A stretch of DNA of 64,000 nucleotides from NCBI GenBank assembly GCA_963725865.1, contig CAVSAC010000010.1:768001-832000 (forward strand), read 5' to 3'. Below the pieces are notes generated by a model, which had not been told where the DNA came from, ran no database searches, and worked only from the letters and a program-made list of their open reading frames with translations. Of the stretch, positions 45,340 to 55,496 are shown piece after piece. How positions within the stretch are numbered: the stretch's first letter is position 1; every line of letters begins with the position of its first letter. Source of the DNA: Candidatus Eiseniibacteriota bacterium. GTDB lineage: Bacteria; Eisenbacteria; RBG-16-71-46. A program made the position numbers and the translations under genes.

Positions 45340-47739
45340 ATGAGTCGCACGCTGTTCCCGAACCGGTACGGTCATTTCAGCCCGGACGGTCGCGAGTACG
45401 TCATCACCCGACCAGACACCCCGAAGCCCTGGGTGAACGTGATCTGCCCCACCGAGTACGGAGTCACCATCTCCCAGGCGGGCTCGGGCTACTCCTGGAT
45501 GACGCACGCCGGTTTCAACCGCATCACCCGCTGGGAGCAGGACCTGATCCGGGACGAATGGGGCAAGTACCTCTATTGCCGCGATCGCGACGCGCGTCGG
45601 CACTGGTCGCTGGGCTGGCAGCCGGTGAAGGCGAAGCCGGCCCGCTACGAGTGCCGCCACGGCGTGGGCTACACCACGATCACCGCGCTCCATCACGGCA
45701 TTGAAAGCGTTTACACGCTGTTCGTGCCGCCTGGCGAGCCCTACGAGATCTGGCGCGTCCGGCTGCGCAACCGCTCCAGCCGCACGCGTCACCTCGACCT
45801 GTTCACCTACTTCGAGTGGAATCTCGGGCCCGCACCCGACACCCACCGCGAGTTCCATCGACTGTTCATCGAGCCGGAGTACGTCCCGGCGGCGAACGCG
45901 ATGCTCGCCACCAAGCGACTGAACACCATCGCGGAACACGGACGCGGCAAGCCGTGGAACGTCGAGTGGCCGCACGTCGCCTTCCACGCGGCGAGCGTGA
46001 AGCCGGTCGCGCACGAGAGCGACAAGGAGCGTTTCGTCGGACAGTACGGCTGCCTCGCGGACCCGGCGGCGATGCGTGCGAACCGGCTCTCGAACACGAC
46101 CGGCAAGTGGCAGGACGCGATCGGCTCGCTGCAGGTCGCGGTGACGCTGGCGCCCGGCGCGGAGCGCGAGGTGGTGTTCGTGCTCGGGGTGGCCGACAAT
46201 CGCGCCGCGGCCTTGCGCCACGCCAAGCACGCCGTGCAGCCCGCGGCCGTCGAGCGCTCGTGGCGCGCGATGCGGCGCCACTGGGAGGCCCTGCTCGCGC
46301 CGTTGGAGGTGAAAACTCCCGACCGGGCCTTCGACTTGCTCACGAACACGTGGCTCAAGTACCAGACCATCTCCTGCCGGATCCGCGGGCGCACCGCGTA
46401 CTACCAGACCGGCGGCGCCTACGGGTACCGCGACCAGTTGCAGGACAGCCAGGTCTTCCTGCCGCTCGCCCCCGAGCACACGCGCGAGCAGATCCTGCTG
46501 CACGCCGCGCACCAGTTCGGCGACGGCACCGCGTGGCACTGGTGGCATCCGCTCACCGAGGAGGGCGCGCGCAAGCCGCTCAACGACGACCTGCTGTGGC
46601 TGCCCTTCGTCACGCTGAACTACCTGCGCGAGACCGCGGATTTCGCGCTGCTCGAGGAACGTGTGCCGTTCCTGGGCCCCGACGGCAAGCCTTCGAAGGA
46701 CGTCGGTACTCTGTACGCGCACTGCCGCCGCGCCATCGACTCGTTCTGGACCCGACTGTCCCCGCGCGGCGTGCCGCGCATGGGCGCGGGCGACTGGAAC
46801 GACGGGCTCTCCGCGATCGGTGACAAGCTCCAGTCCGAAAGCGTGTGGCTGGCGCACTTCCTGGTCGGCATCCTCGACGGCTGGGTCGAGCTGGAGGCGC
46901 GCCGCGCGCGACCCGACCGGGCGGTGATGACGCGCTACACGCGGGCCGCGCGTACCATGCGCGTCGCGGTCAACCGCCACTTCTGGGATGGCGACTGGTA
47001 CCAGCGCGCCACCAAGGACGACGGCGAGGTCATCGGCTCGAAGCGCTGCCGCGACGGGCGCATCTACCTCAACGCCCAGACCTGGGCGGTGCTCCACGAC
47101 GTCGTGCCCAAGCGCCGGCTTGCGCGCATGATGAAGGCGACCGAGCGCTGGCTCTACCGCGACTACGGCCCGCTGCTGCTCTATCCCGCCTACCGCAAGC
47201 CGGATGCCTCGATCGGGTACCTGACGCGCTACTCGCCCGGCTCGCGCGAGAACGGCGGACTCTACACGCACGCTGGACTGTGGGCGGTGCAGGCCGAGTG
47301 CAAGCTCGGACGCGCGGAGCAGGCGTGGAAGCTCTACCACTCGTTCTGCCCGGTGCTGCGCGGCGCCGCGCCCGACTTCTACCAGGCCGAGCCCTACGTC
47401 ATGCCCGGCAACGTCGACGGGCCCGATTCACCGCATTACGGCCGCGGCGGCTGGACCTGGTACACCGGCTCGTCAGCGTGGACGTTCCGCGTCGGCACCG
47501 AATGGCTGCTGGGCGTGCGCCCGGAGTGGGACGGTCTGCGGATCGCTCCGGTGATCCCGGCGCGCTGGAAGGGCTTCACCATGAGGCGCACGTTTCGCGG
47601 CGCGACCTACCACATCACGGTGCGGCGCGGCGACGCCGCCCGCCTGATGGTGGACGGCCGCCCGCAGCGCGGCGAGCTGGTCCCGCCGTTCGGCGACGGA
47701 GGCGTCCACGAGGTGGTGGTGACGCTGCCGCGTGTCTGA
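45340..47739 (+). CDS. GH94 glycoside phosphorylase (799 aa)
   Basis: YGHFSPDGREYVI..PDTPKPWVNV, YQTGGAYGYRDQLQD, DWNDGL (catalytic Asp), ENGGLYTHA and GGWTWYTGSS. CAGGAG RBS. Confidence 0.93.
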   Translation: MSRTLFPNRYGHFSPDGREYVITRPDTPKPWVNVICPTEYGVTISQAGSGYSWMTHAGFNRITRWEQDLIRDEWGKYLYCRDRDARRHWSLGWQPVKAKPARYECRHGVGYTTITALHHGIESVYTLFVPPGEPYEIWRVRLRNRSSRTRHLDLFTYFEWNLGPAPDTHREFHRLFIEPEYVPAANAMLATKRLNTIAEHGRGKPWNVEWPHVAFHAASVKPVAHESDKERFVGQYGCLADPAAMRANRLSNTTGKWQDAIGSLQVAVTLAPGAEREVVFVLGVADNRAAALRHAKHAVQPAAVERSWRAMRRHWEALLAPLEVKTPDRAFDLLTNTWLKYQTISCRIRGRTAYYQTGGAYGYRDQLQDSQVFLPLAPEHTREQILLHAAHQFGDGTAWHWWHPLTEEGARKPLNDDLLWLPFVTLNYLRETADFALLEERVPFLGPDGKPSKDVGTLYAHCRRAIDSFWTRLSPRGVPRMGAGDWNDGLSAIGDKLQSESVWLAHFLVGILDGWVELEARRARPDRAVMTRYTRAARTMRVAVNRHFWDGDWYQRATKDDGEVIGSKRCRDGRIYLNAQTWAVLHDVVPKRRLARMMKATERWLYRDYGPLLLYPAYRKPDASIGYLTRYSPGSRENGGLYTHAGLWAVQAECKLGRAEQAWKLYHSFCPVLRGAAPDFYQAEPYVMPGNVDGPDSPHYGRGGWTWYTGSSAWTFRVGTEWLLGVRPEWDGLRIAPVIPARWKGFTMRRTFRGATYHITVRRGDAARLMVDGRPQRGELVPPFGDGGVHEVVVTLPRV
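45702..45715 (+). promoter_or_regulatory. Intragenic LacI-family operator candidate TGAAAGCGTTTACA
   Basis: 13/14 identical to the site at 42792; written with AT-ending codons (ATT GAA AGC GTT TAC) that are atypical for this gene. Confidence 0.6.
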
Positions 47740-49109
47740 CGCTCCGGCGCCGGCCGGCGCCACGGGCGGAGTTCGCTTCCCGGCGGACTTCCGCTGGGGA
47801 GCGGCGACCTCCGCCTACCAGATCGAGGGCTCGCCGCTCGCCGACGGTGCGGGCCCGAGCATCTGGGACCGTTTCGCCCACGAGCCGGGGCGCATCCGGG
47901 CCGGCCATCACGGGGACGTGGCGTGCGACCACTATCGCCGCTGGCGCGAGGACGTGGCACTCATGGCCGAGCTGGGGCTGCGATCCTACCGCTTCTCGAT
48001 CGCCTGGAGCCGGGTCCTGCCCGCGGGCACCGGCGCGGTGAACGCGAAGGGCCTCGACTTCTACTCTCGGCTGGTCGACGCGCTGCTCGAACACGGCATC
48101 GTCCCGAACGCGACGCTCTACCACTGGGACCTGCCGGTCGCGCTCCAGGACCGCGGCGGCTGGGAGAATCCCGACAGCGAGCGCTGGTTCGAGGAGTACG
48201 CGCGCACGGTGTTCGCGGCGCTCGACGACCGCGTGCCGATGTGGGCCACGCTCAACGAGCCCGCGGTGGTCGTGGACCACGGCTACGTGCGCGGCGTGGA
48301 CGCGCCGGGCATCCGCGACGCGTCACGCGCCCCGCGCGTCGTGCACCACCTCCTGCTCGCGCACGGCGCCGCGGTGCGCGCCTACCGCGCGGTCGGCCGC
48401 CACACCATCGGGCTCGTCGTGAACATCGTGCCCAAGGAGGCGGCGTCCGACGTCCCCGAGGACGTCGCCGCCGCCGCGCGCGCGGACGTGTACACCAATC
48501 GCCTCTACCTCGACGCCGCGCTGCTGGGGCGCTATCCGGCGGCCATGCGCGACATCTTCGGCGCCGCCTGGCCGGCGTTCCCCGACGGACGAGCTGGCGC
48601 GCATCCGGCAGCCGCTCGACTGGGTCGGCGTCAACTACTACACGCGGCGCCTCGTGTGTCACGACGAGCACGGCGGCCCGCCGCGCGCGAGCGTGGTGCA
48701 CCGCTCCGACACGCCGGTCACGGCGATGGGTTGGGAGATCGTGCCGGCCGGGCTCACCCACGCGCTGCGTCTGGTGAAGGACCGGTACGGCGACCTGCCA
48801 CTGTACGTCACCGAGAACGGGGCCGCGTTCGAGGATCCGCCCCCGCGCGACGGACGCGTGCACGACCCCGACCGGGTCGCCTACCTGCGCGCCCACATCG
48901 AGGCGCTCGCCGACGCGATCGAGTCGGGCGTGGACGTGCGCGGGTACTACGCGTGGTCGCTGCTCGACAACTTCGAGTGGCACTCGGGCTTCACGAGGCG
49001 CTTCGGGCTGGTGCGCGTGGACTACGACACGCTGGAGCGCACCCCGAAGGACAGCGCGCGCTTCTACGCCGAGGTCGTGCGGTCGAACGGGGCCAGCCTG
49101 CAGGCGTGA
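47732..49109 (+). CDS. GH1 beta-glucosidase; one +1 frameshift near 48586
   Basis: FPADFRWGAATSAYQIEG, TLYHWDLP, TLNEP (acid/base), GVNYY, YVTENG (nucleophile) and WSLLDNFEW. Confidence 0.92.
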
Positions 49110-49124
49110 TCCGCGCGATCGCCA

Positions 49125-52100
49125 TCAGCGGTGCTTGCCGTCGAGGGACTGATCCATTCTCCAGTGGATCTCCGCAGGCAGCGTGTGAAGCGTCACGATG
49201 CCCTGGCCGTTCACGACCATGGGATCGCCGCCGCCGTCCACGCAGCTCGTCACGATGCGATGGAAGGTCCCGTAGTTCACGACCACCGGAAGCGCCAACT
49301 CGATGCCGCCTGGCGGCACGCGCAAGTCGCCTGCCTCGACCCGCGCCACGAACTCGATGGGGTTCGCGCTCTGGCGACGCAGCGTGAACGACAGCGTCCC
49401 CCACCGCGTGCGCAGCCCGCGCACCGCGATGCCATCGCCCGCGAGCCATGACTCCGGCACGCCGGCGCCGATCACCAGGGCGCTGTCGGACTCGCGCTCG
49501 TATGCCAGCATGTCGAGCACCGAGCGCGCGAAGTCGGAGCCCACCCACGTGTGCGGCATGTCGCCGATGAACCGCGGCTTGCGCTCGTCGTGGTCCACCA
49601 CCTCGGCCCAGTGCTCGAATCCCGGCGGGCGCCGGAAGCCCATCAGCCACGTCAGCGCCGAATCGGCCTCGGCGCGCATCCCGAGCCGCGCCATCGCGCC
49701 GACGGTCCGCCACTCGTAGGGCGTGAACGCGTCCCACGCCTGGCGCCCGTCACGGCGGTCGCGAAAGAACTGCCAGTAGCGCGCGAACGTGCGTTCGAGC
49801 ACGGCGCGCGGGACGACCCGCTCGGACGCCTGCACCGGGTTGAGCGCGATCGTGGTCGAGGTGGCGTCGAAGTCCCCGAGGTCGGCGCACCCGGGCATGT
49901 AGTCGATGTGGTGCCGCGGTCATGGCGGCGCGGATCGACGCCGCAAGGTCGCGCAGCGAACGTGTCGCGCGAAGCCGCGAGCCACCCGCGGTCCTCGACA
50001 TGCCCGAGCGCCTCGGCCAGCCACGCCGCGTCCTGGTAGCCGCGCAGCGCGAACAGGTCGTCCCAGTACGAGTGCATGGGCTTCGCGGAATAGCCTTCGT
50101 GGCTGATCGAGGGCGGCAGCAGTCCGAAGTACTCGACCTTGTCCGGCGCCCGCCACTCGGGCCCGCGGCGCTGGGCGCGCAGCGTGTCCAGGTACGCCGC
50201 CGCCGCCCGCACGTGCGGCCACATCGATTCCGCGAACGCGCGATCGCCGGTGTACCGCAGGTACTCGGCGACCAGGTAGATGAACTCGCCGTGGCTGTCG
50301 TGCTCGGGCACTGGATCGGAGCCGCGCGCGTCCACGCAGCACGGCACCTTGCCGTCGCCGTACTGATGCGGGGCGAACCACGCGAGGAACTCCCTCACCT
50401 CGTCCGCGTGGCCGAGCCGCAGCAGCGCCACCGAGGTCAGCGAGCCGTCACGGATCCACGAGCGCTCGTAGGAGCGCGAACCCGGCTGGATCGCGCCGCG
50501 GTCGCGGTTGACCAGGATCCAGCCGAGCTGGGCGCGCAGCGCGCGCGTGACTTCAGTGTCCGGCAACGCGATCGTGGCGTGCGACAGCTTGGCGTTCCAG
50601 TCGGCCATGCAGCGCGCGAGCCGCTGCCCGACCACCATCGACGAGGGCGCGTTCGCCGCGAACGCCGGCGGCAGCGCGGGCCCCAGCCCCTGCAGCGGCA
50701 CGCGCACGTCCACCTCGCGGCTCTCGCCGGGCGCCAGGTCGAGCGCGTACGCGAGCGCGCCCGAGGTGCGGGCGAGCGGGTCGCGAACGCGCTGTGCGTC
50801 CGGCAGCCGGCCGTCGCGCAGGAAGTCGGTGATGTCACCGCGATCGAATGTCGTGGCGCCGAACCCCGACGGCTCCGTATAGCTGACGACGCCGCGCGTG
50901 GAGTCCACCCGCACCGTGCGCCCCTCGAGCGCGAGCGTGCGGATGGTCGCGACGCCGCCCGGCGTGTTCAGGAACTGGGTCGGCGGATTGACCTGGAACG
51001 GACGCAGCGCGAGGTACAGCGTGCCCTGACGGCGCCGGTCGCCCAGGTTGCGCACCACGTAACGCGTCACCACGTCCGCGGCGCCCACGGCACCGTCCGC
51101 GAACGCGGTCACCGTCAGCTCGAGCGGCGCGTCGTTCCAGCGCACGCTCGGGATCGGCAGGCTCCCGCCTTCCAGCCACTGCGTCGTCCGTACGTCCGCC
51201 CAGCTCACGAATGCCCCATCCACGAACAGGAACGGCTCGATCGACCACGCCGCCTTGCCCGATTCGAGCGCGCCGTCCTCGGAGAGCAGGGCCTCCTCGC
51301 GATCGTCGTCCACCCCGACCACGGTCCAGTACGACTGTTCGCCACAGAGGGCGCGCGGATAGCGGCCGCGCGGCGCCTCCCGCGCGATCGATTCGAAGAA
51401 CGCCGCCGGCGTGGCCGACCACTCGAGCGGCTCGATCGTGACCTCGCGCAGTGCGACCGCGCCGGTGCCGCGCGGAGCGAGCGCGCGGCGGGTGGGATCG
51501 ATCAGGTCGCGAACCGAGCCGAACGCGGCCGGCGCGGTGCCGCCCTGCGCGGCCCGCAGCACCCGGATGCGCACGCGACGGGCCTCGGACTCGGGCAGGT
51601 CGAGCGGATCGCGGCCGCCGTTGCCGCCGTGCACCTCGCGCACCACCCGCCAGGGCCCGCGCTCGGCGGCCAGCTCGACGACGTAGTCCACCGCGTGTCG
51701 GCCGGGCACCCAGTCCAGCACCAGGCCGCCGAACTCGCGCTCGAAGCCGAGGTCGAGCTCCAGCCACGGCGTGGTCCCCTGCGCGCGGCTCGCCCAGTAG
51801 GTGGCGCTGTCGCCGTCGACGGCGAGCGCCGCGGGGTGCCCGGCCTCGAGCGTGGAGGCGCTCGCGATCGGCGCCGGCGCCGGACTCGGCGGCGGCGGCA
51901 GCGCCTCCAGCGTGAGGTCGTCGAACCACACGGTGCCGGCGCCGCCGCTGCCCGCGGTGATCGCGAACTCGAGCGCCGGCGATGTGATGCGCCTCGCCGC
52001 CGCCCACCGGGCCCCACGCGAACGTGACGTGGCGCTTCTTGATCGTCACCGTGCGCCACGCGGGGTCGAATTCGAAGTCGCGGCTGTTCACCCACCAGAC

Positions 52101-52499
52101 GTTCTCGCCGCTGGCGTCGATGAGCTTGAACTCCAGGTTCTGCGGCCGGCAGTCGCCGCGCACCGCGAACCGGAACCGGTAGTCCGCGGGCAGCGTCAGG
52201 TCGACCGCGCGATGGATCACGGCGTAGCCGCCGCCCTTCTGGAAATCGAAGTCGACCCGCAGCGCGCGGCCGTGGGCGCCGGGCGCGCTCGCGAGCTTCA
52301 TCAGCACGCCGCTCGCCGGTTGGGTCGTCCAGCCGGCGGTGGACTCGAACGCGTCCACCACCTGCGGAGCCGCCGGGCGCACGGGAGGGGCAGTGTTCGC
52401 CCGCGCGACCGCGGGGGTCGCCAGCGCGAGGATCGTCGCCAGCCCGACCCCCGCCAGTCCGGACGCGCGCGGCGCCCGACCCGCGACGCGATGGATCAT
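49125..52499 (-). CDS. Secreted multidomain protein: N-terminal CBM-like domain, F5/8 type C (discoidin) domain and C-terminal (alpha/alpha)6 glycosidase-like domain; three +1 frameshifts (~51977, ~49955, ~49918)
   Basis: ATG overlaps the permease stop. Signal peptide; AVDGDSATYW..WLELDLG (discoidin); IQPGSRSYERSWIRDG, SISHEGY, HSYWDD, TPYEWR and GDMPHTWV. Confidence 0.78.
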
Positions 52500-53317
52500 C
52501 CCTTCACGCTCCCCATCATCACCCCGCGGATGTAGGCCCGCTGGAGCGAGATGAACAGGATCACCACCGGCAGGACGGTGAGCACCGATCCCGCCATCAT
52601 CAGCTCGGTGTCCTGCACGTGCTCGCCCGAGAGGCTCGCGAGCGCGACCGGCAGCGTGTACTTGGCGTCGTCGGTGAGGATGATCAGCGGCCACATGAAG
52701 TCGTTCCATGCGCTCAGGAACGTGAACACCGCCAGCGTGACCAGGATCGGCTGGAGCACGGGCACCACGATGGTCAGGAAGATGCGCAACTCGCCCGCGC
52801 CGTCGACGCGCGCGGCGTCGAGCAGGTCGTCGGGGATGCTGAGCGCGTACTGGCGGATCATGAAGATGCCGAACACGCCCGCCATGAACGGGACCACCAC
52901 GCCGACCATGGTGTTGACCAGTCCCAGCGTCTTGAGCAGCAGGAACAGCGGCAGCATGCCGACCTGCGCCGGGATCACGATCGCGCTCAGCAGTCCGCGG
53001 AACACCTGCTCGCGACCCTGGAAGCGCAGCTTCGCGAAGGCGTACCCGGCCATGCCGTTGATGATCAGCGACAGCAGGGTCGCGGAGACCGCCACCACCA
53101 GGCTGTTCGCGAACGCCCGCGCCAGCGACAGCCGCGTGAACAGGTCGGCGTAGTGCTCGAACGTGACCAGGCGCGGGAGCAGCCGGGGCGGGAACGTGTT
53201 CGCGTCGCCCGAGGGCATCAGGGAGGCGGACACCATCCACAGCAGCGGCACCAGGGTCAGCACCGCGCCGATGCCGAGCGCCACGTGCAGCAGCAGCGAG
53301 GCGAGCGGACGCTTCAT
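52496..53317 (-). CDS. Carbohydrate ABC transporter permease (MalG-like)
   Basis: IPDDLLDAARVDGA EAA loop, WNDFMWPL and GSVKG C-terminus. Confidence 0.93.
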   Translation of the reverse strand: MKRPLASLLLHVALGIGAVLTLVPLLWMVSASLMPSGDANTFPPRLLPRLVTFEHYADLFTRLSLARAFANSLVVAVSATLLSLIINGMAGYAFAKLRFQGREQVFRGLLSAIVIPAQVGMLPLFLLLKTLGLVNTMVGVVVPFMAGVFGIFMIRQYALSIPDDLLDAARVDGAGELRIFLTIVVPVLQPILVTLAVFTFLSAWNDFMWPLIILTDDAKYTLPVALASLSGEHVQDTELMMAGSVLTVLPVVILFISLQRAYIRGVMMGSVKG

Positions 53318-54207
53318 CGCGGGCGCTCCTTCTGGAGCTGCATCTGGATCATGGTGCCGATCAGCATGATCACGAACAGCACGAACGCGATCGCCGAGGC
53401 GAGTCCCATGCGCCACCAGCGGAAGCCTTCCTCGTACATCAGCATGACCACGGTGGTGGTGGCCTTCAGCGGCCCGCCCTGCGTCATGACGTAGGGCTCG
53501 GAGAACACCTGGAACTGCCCCAGCATGGTCATCACGCCGACGAACAGGAACGTGGGCGCGAGGCTCGGCAGCGTCACGTGCCTGAACCGCGACCAGCCCG
53601 ACGCCCCGTCCAGCTCCGCCGCCTCGTACAGCTCCTCCGGGATGCTCTGCAGGCCGGCCACGAAGATGAGCATGTTGTAGCCGAAGTTCTTCCACACCGC
53701 GAGCAGGATGATGGCGGGGATCGCCCAGTGCGGATCGCCCAGCCAGTCGATCGGGTGGATGCCGAGCTTGCCGAGCCCGAAGTTGATGAGCCCGTACTGC
53801 GGGTGCAGCAGGTAGCGCCACACGATCGCGACCGCGACCAGCGTGGTCACCACCGGCATGAAGAAGATCGAGCGGAACAGCGACGGGTATCGCACCAGCT
53901 TGCTGCTCACCATCATCGCCGCGACCAGCGAGACGATCACCGACAGCGGCCCGCCCACCACGACGAACATCATCGTGTTGCGGAGCGCCTTCCAGAACAT
54001 CGGATCGGAGAGCACCCGCGCGTAGTTCTGCAGTCCCACGAACCGCGCGGTGTCGGGGCGCCCGATGGCGTAGACGTCGAAGTCGGTGAACGACAGCACC
54101 AGGCCGCCGAGCACCGGCACGAAGAAGAACACCGCGATCAGCGCGACCGCCGGGGTGATGAACGCCCAGCCGGCCCGGTGTTGCCGTCGTTCGGTCGTGC
54201 CGCTCAC
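53314..54207 (-). CDS. Carbohydrate ABC transporter permease (MalF-like)
   Basis: FVGLQNY, IPEELYEAAELDGA EAA loop and MTQGGP. Confidence 0.93.
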   Translation of the reverse strand: MSGTTERRQHRAGWAFITPAVALIAVFFFVPVLGGLVLSFTDFDVYAIGRPDTARFVGLQNYARVLSDPMFWKALRNTMMFVVVGGPLSVIVSLVAAMMVSSKLVRYPSLFRSIFFMPVVTTLVAVAIVWRYLLHPQYGLINFGLGKLGIHPIDWLGDPHWAIPAIILLAVWKNFGYNMLIFVAGLQSIPEELYEAAELDGASGWSRFRHVTLPSLAPTFLFVGVMTMLGQFQVFSEPYVMTQGGPLKATTTVVMLMYEEGFRWWRMGLASAIAFVLFVIMLIGTMIQMQLQKERPR

Positions 54208-55496
54208 CGCGCGCCTCCGGCCGCGCCCGCGCGCCGCGCGCGCTCGATCAGCCAGCGGCGCTTCTCGAGGATGCGCGCCACGTCACGGTCGAGGCTGGCG
54301 AGCGTGGAGTCCTGGTCCGCGTGCCCCAGCACCATCGCCTCCACCTTGGCCTGCAACAGCAGCGAGATCTGCTCCCACTCCGGGACCTTGGGCGTGGAGC
54401 GCGTGCGCGTGAGCTGGATCTCGAACGCCTTCGCGTACGGATCGTGCGTGAACGTGGTGTCGCGCCACGCCTCCCGCCGCGCCGGCAGGTTGCCGGTGAG
54501 CTGGTGGAAGCGCAACTGCTGCTCGGGGCGCGACAGGAACTCGATCAGCCGCCATGCCTCGGCCTTGTGGCGCGACGTGCGGAACATCACGAGACTCGAG
54601 CCGCCGGCGGTGGACACGCCGGACGCGGGCCCGTCGGGACCCGGCAGCGGCGCCGTGCTCCACTTGCCCTGCATCGCGGGCGAGAGCCGGCTGCGGAACT
54701 CGCCCACGTCCCACGGTCCCGAGATGTACATGCTGAACGTGCCGCGTTCGAACTCCTGGTACCGGTTCGCGATCCCCTGCCCCGGCACCGCCGGCGCGAG
54801 TCCGCTGCGGAACAGGCCGACGAAGAACGTCGCCGCGCGCTGGTAGGCCGGGTCCGAGAACGCGCCGCGCGTGTCGTCGTCCTTCAGCAGCGGCGAGCCC
54901 GCCTGGAGGCCGAGCACGATCCACGGCGTGTACTCGTTGGTCGGCATGAAGATCGCGAAGCGGTCCTTGCCGGCCACCCGGCGCACGCCCTCCATCGCGC
55001 GGCGCCACTCCTCCCACGAGCCCGGGATCTCGCTCCAGCCGGCCTGCTTCAGGTAATCGGTGCGATAGAACAGTACGCGGGTGTCGACGTACCACGGCAC
55101 GCCGTAGCACACGCCGTCGATGACGTTGGTGTCCCAGATGCCGCGGAAGAAGCCGGAATCCGGCAGCGCCCGCGAGCGCGCGATCCAACTGTCGAGCGGC
55201 TCGACCGCGTTGAGCGCCGAGAACTCGGAGACCCAGGTGTTGCCGAGCTGGGCGAGGTCCGGAGTGGAGCCACCGACGTGCGCGGTCAGCAGCTTCTCGT
55301 GCGCCGCGATCCACGGGATCTGCTGGATCTGCACGCGCACGCCCGGATTCTCGCGCTCGAAGTCGCGCACCAGCTCCTGCACGACCTCGCCCTCGCGGCC
55401 CATGGCCCAGAAGCGCAGCGTGACCGGCGCGCCCGCGCGCGGCGTGCACCCGGCGAGCGTCAGGAGGAGCGCGGCCACCATCACGCACTGCTTCAC
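54204..55496 (-). CDS. Sugar ABC transporter substrate-binding lipoprotein
   Basis: GTG start overlapping the upstream stop; lipobox LAGC; FWAMGREG, YGVPWYVDTR and GGSSLV. Confidence 0.9.
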   Translation of the reverse strand: MKQCVMVAALLLTLAGCTPRAGAPVTLRFWAMGREGEVVQELVRDFERENPGVRVQIQQIPWIAAHEKLLTAHVGGSTPDLAQLGNTWVSEFSALNAVEPLDSWIARSRALPDSGFFRGIWDTNVIDGVCYGVPWYVDTRVLFYRTDYLKQAGWSEIPGSWEEWRRAMEGVRRVAGKDRFAIFMPTNEYTPWIVLGLQAGSPLLKDDDTRGAFSDPAYQRAATFFVGLFRSGLAPAVPGQGIANRYQEFERGTFSMYISGPWDVGEFRSRLSPAMQGKWSTAPLPGPDGPASGVSTAGGSSLVMFRTSRHKAEAWRLIEFLSRPEQQLRFHQLTGNLPARREAWRDTTFTHDPYAKAFEIQLTRTRSTPKVPEWEQISLLLQAKVEAMVLGHADQDSTLASLDRDVARILEKRRWLIERARRAGAAGGAR

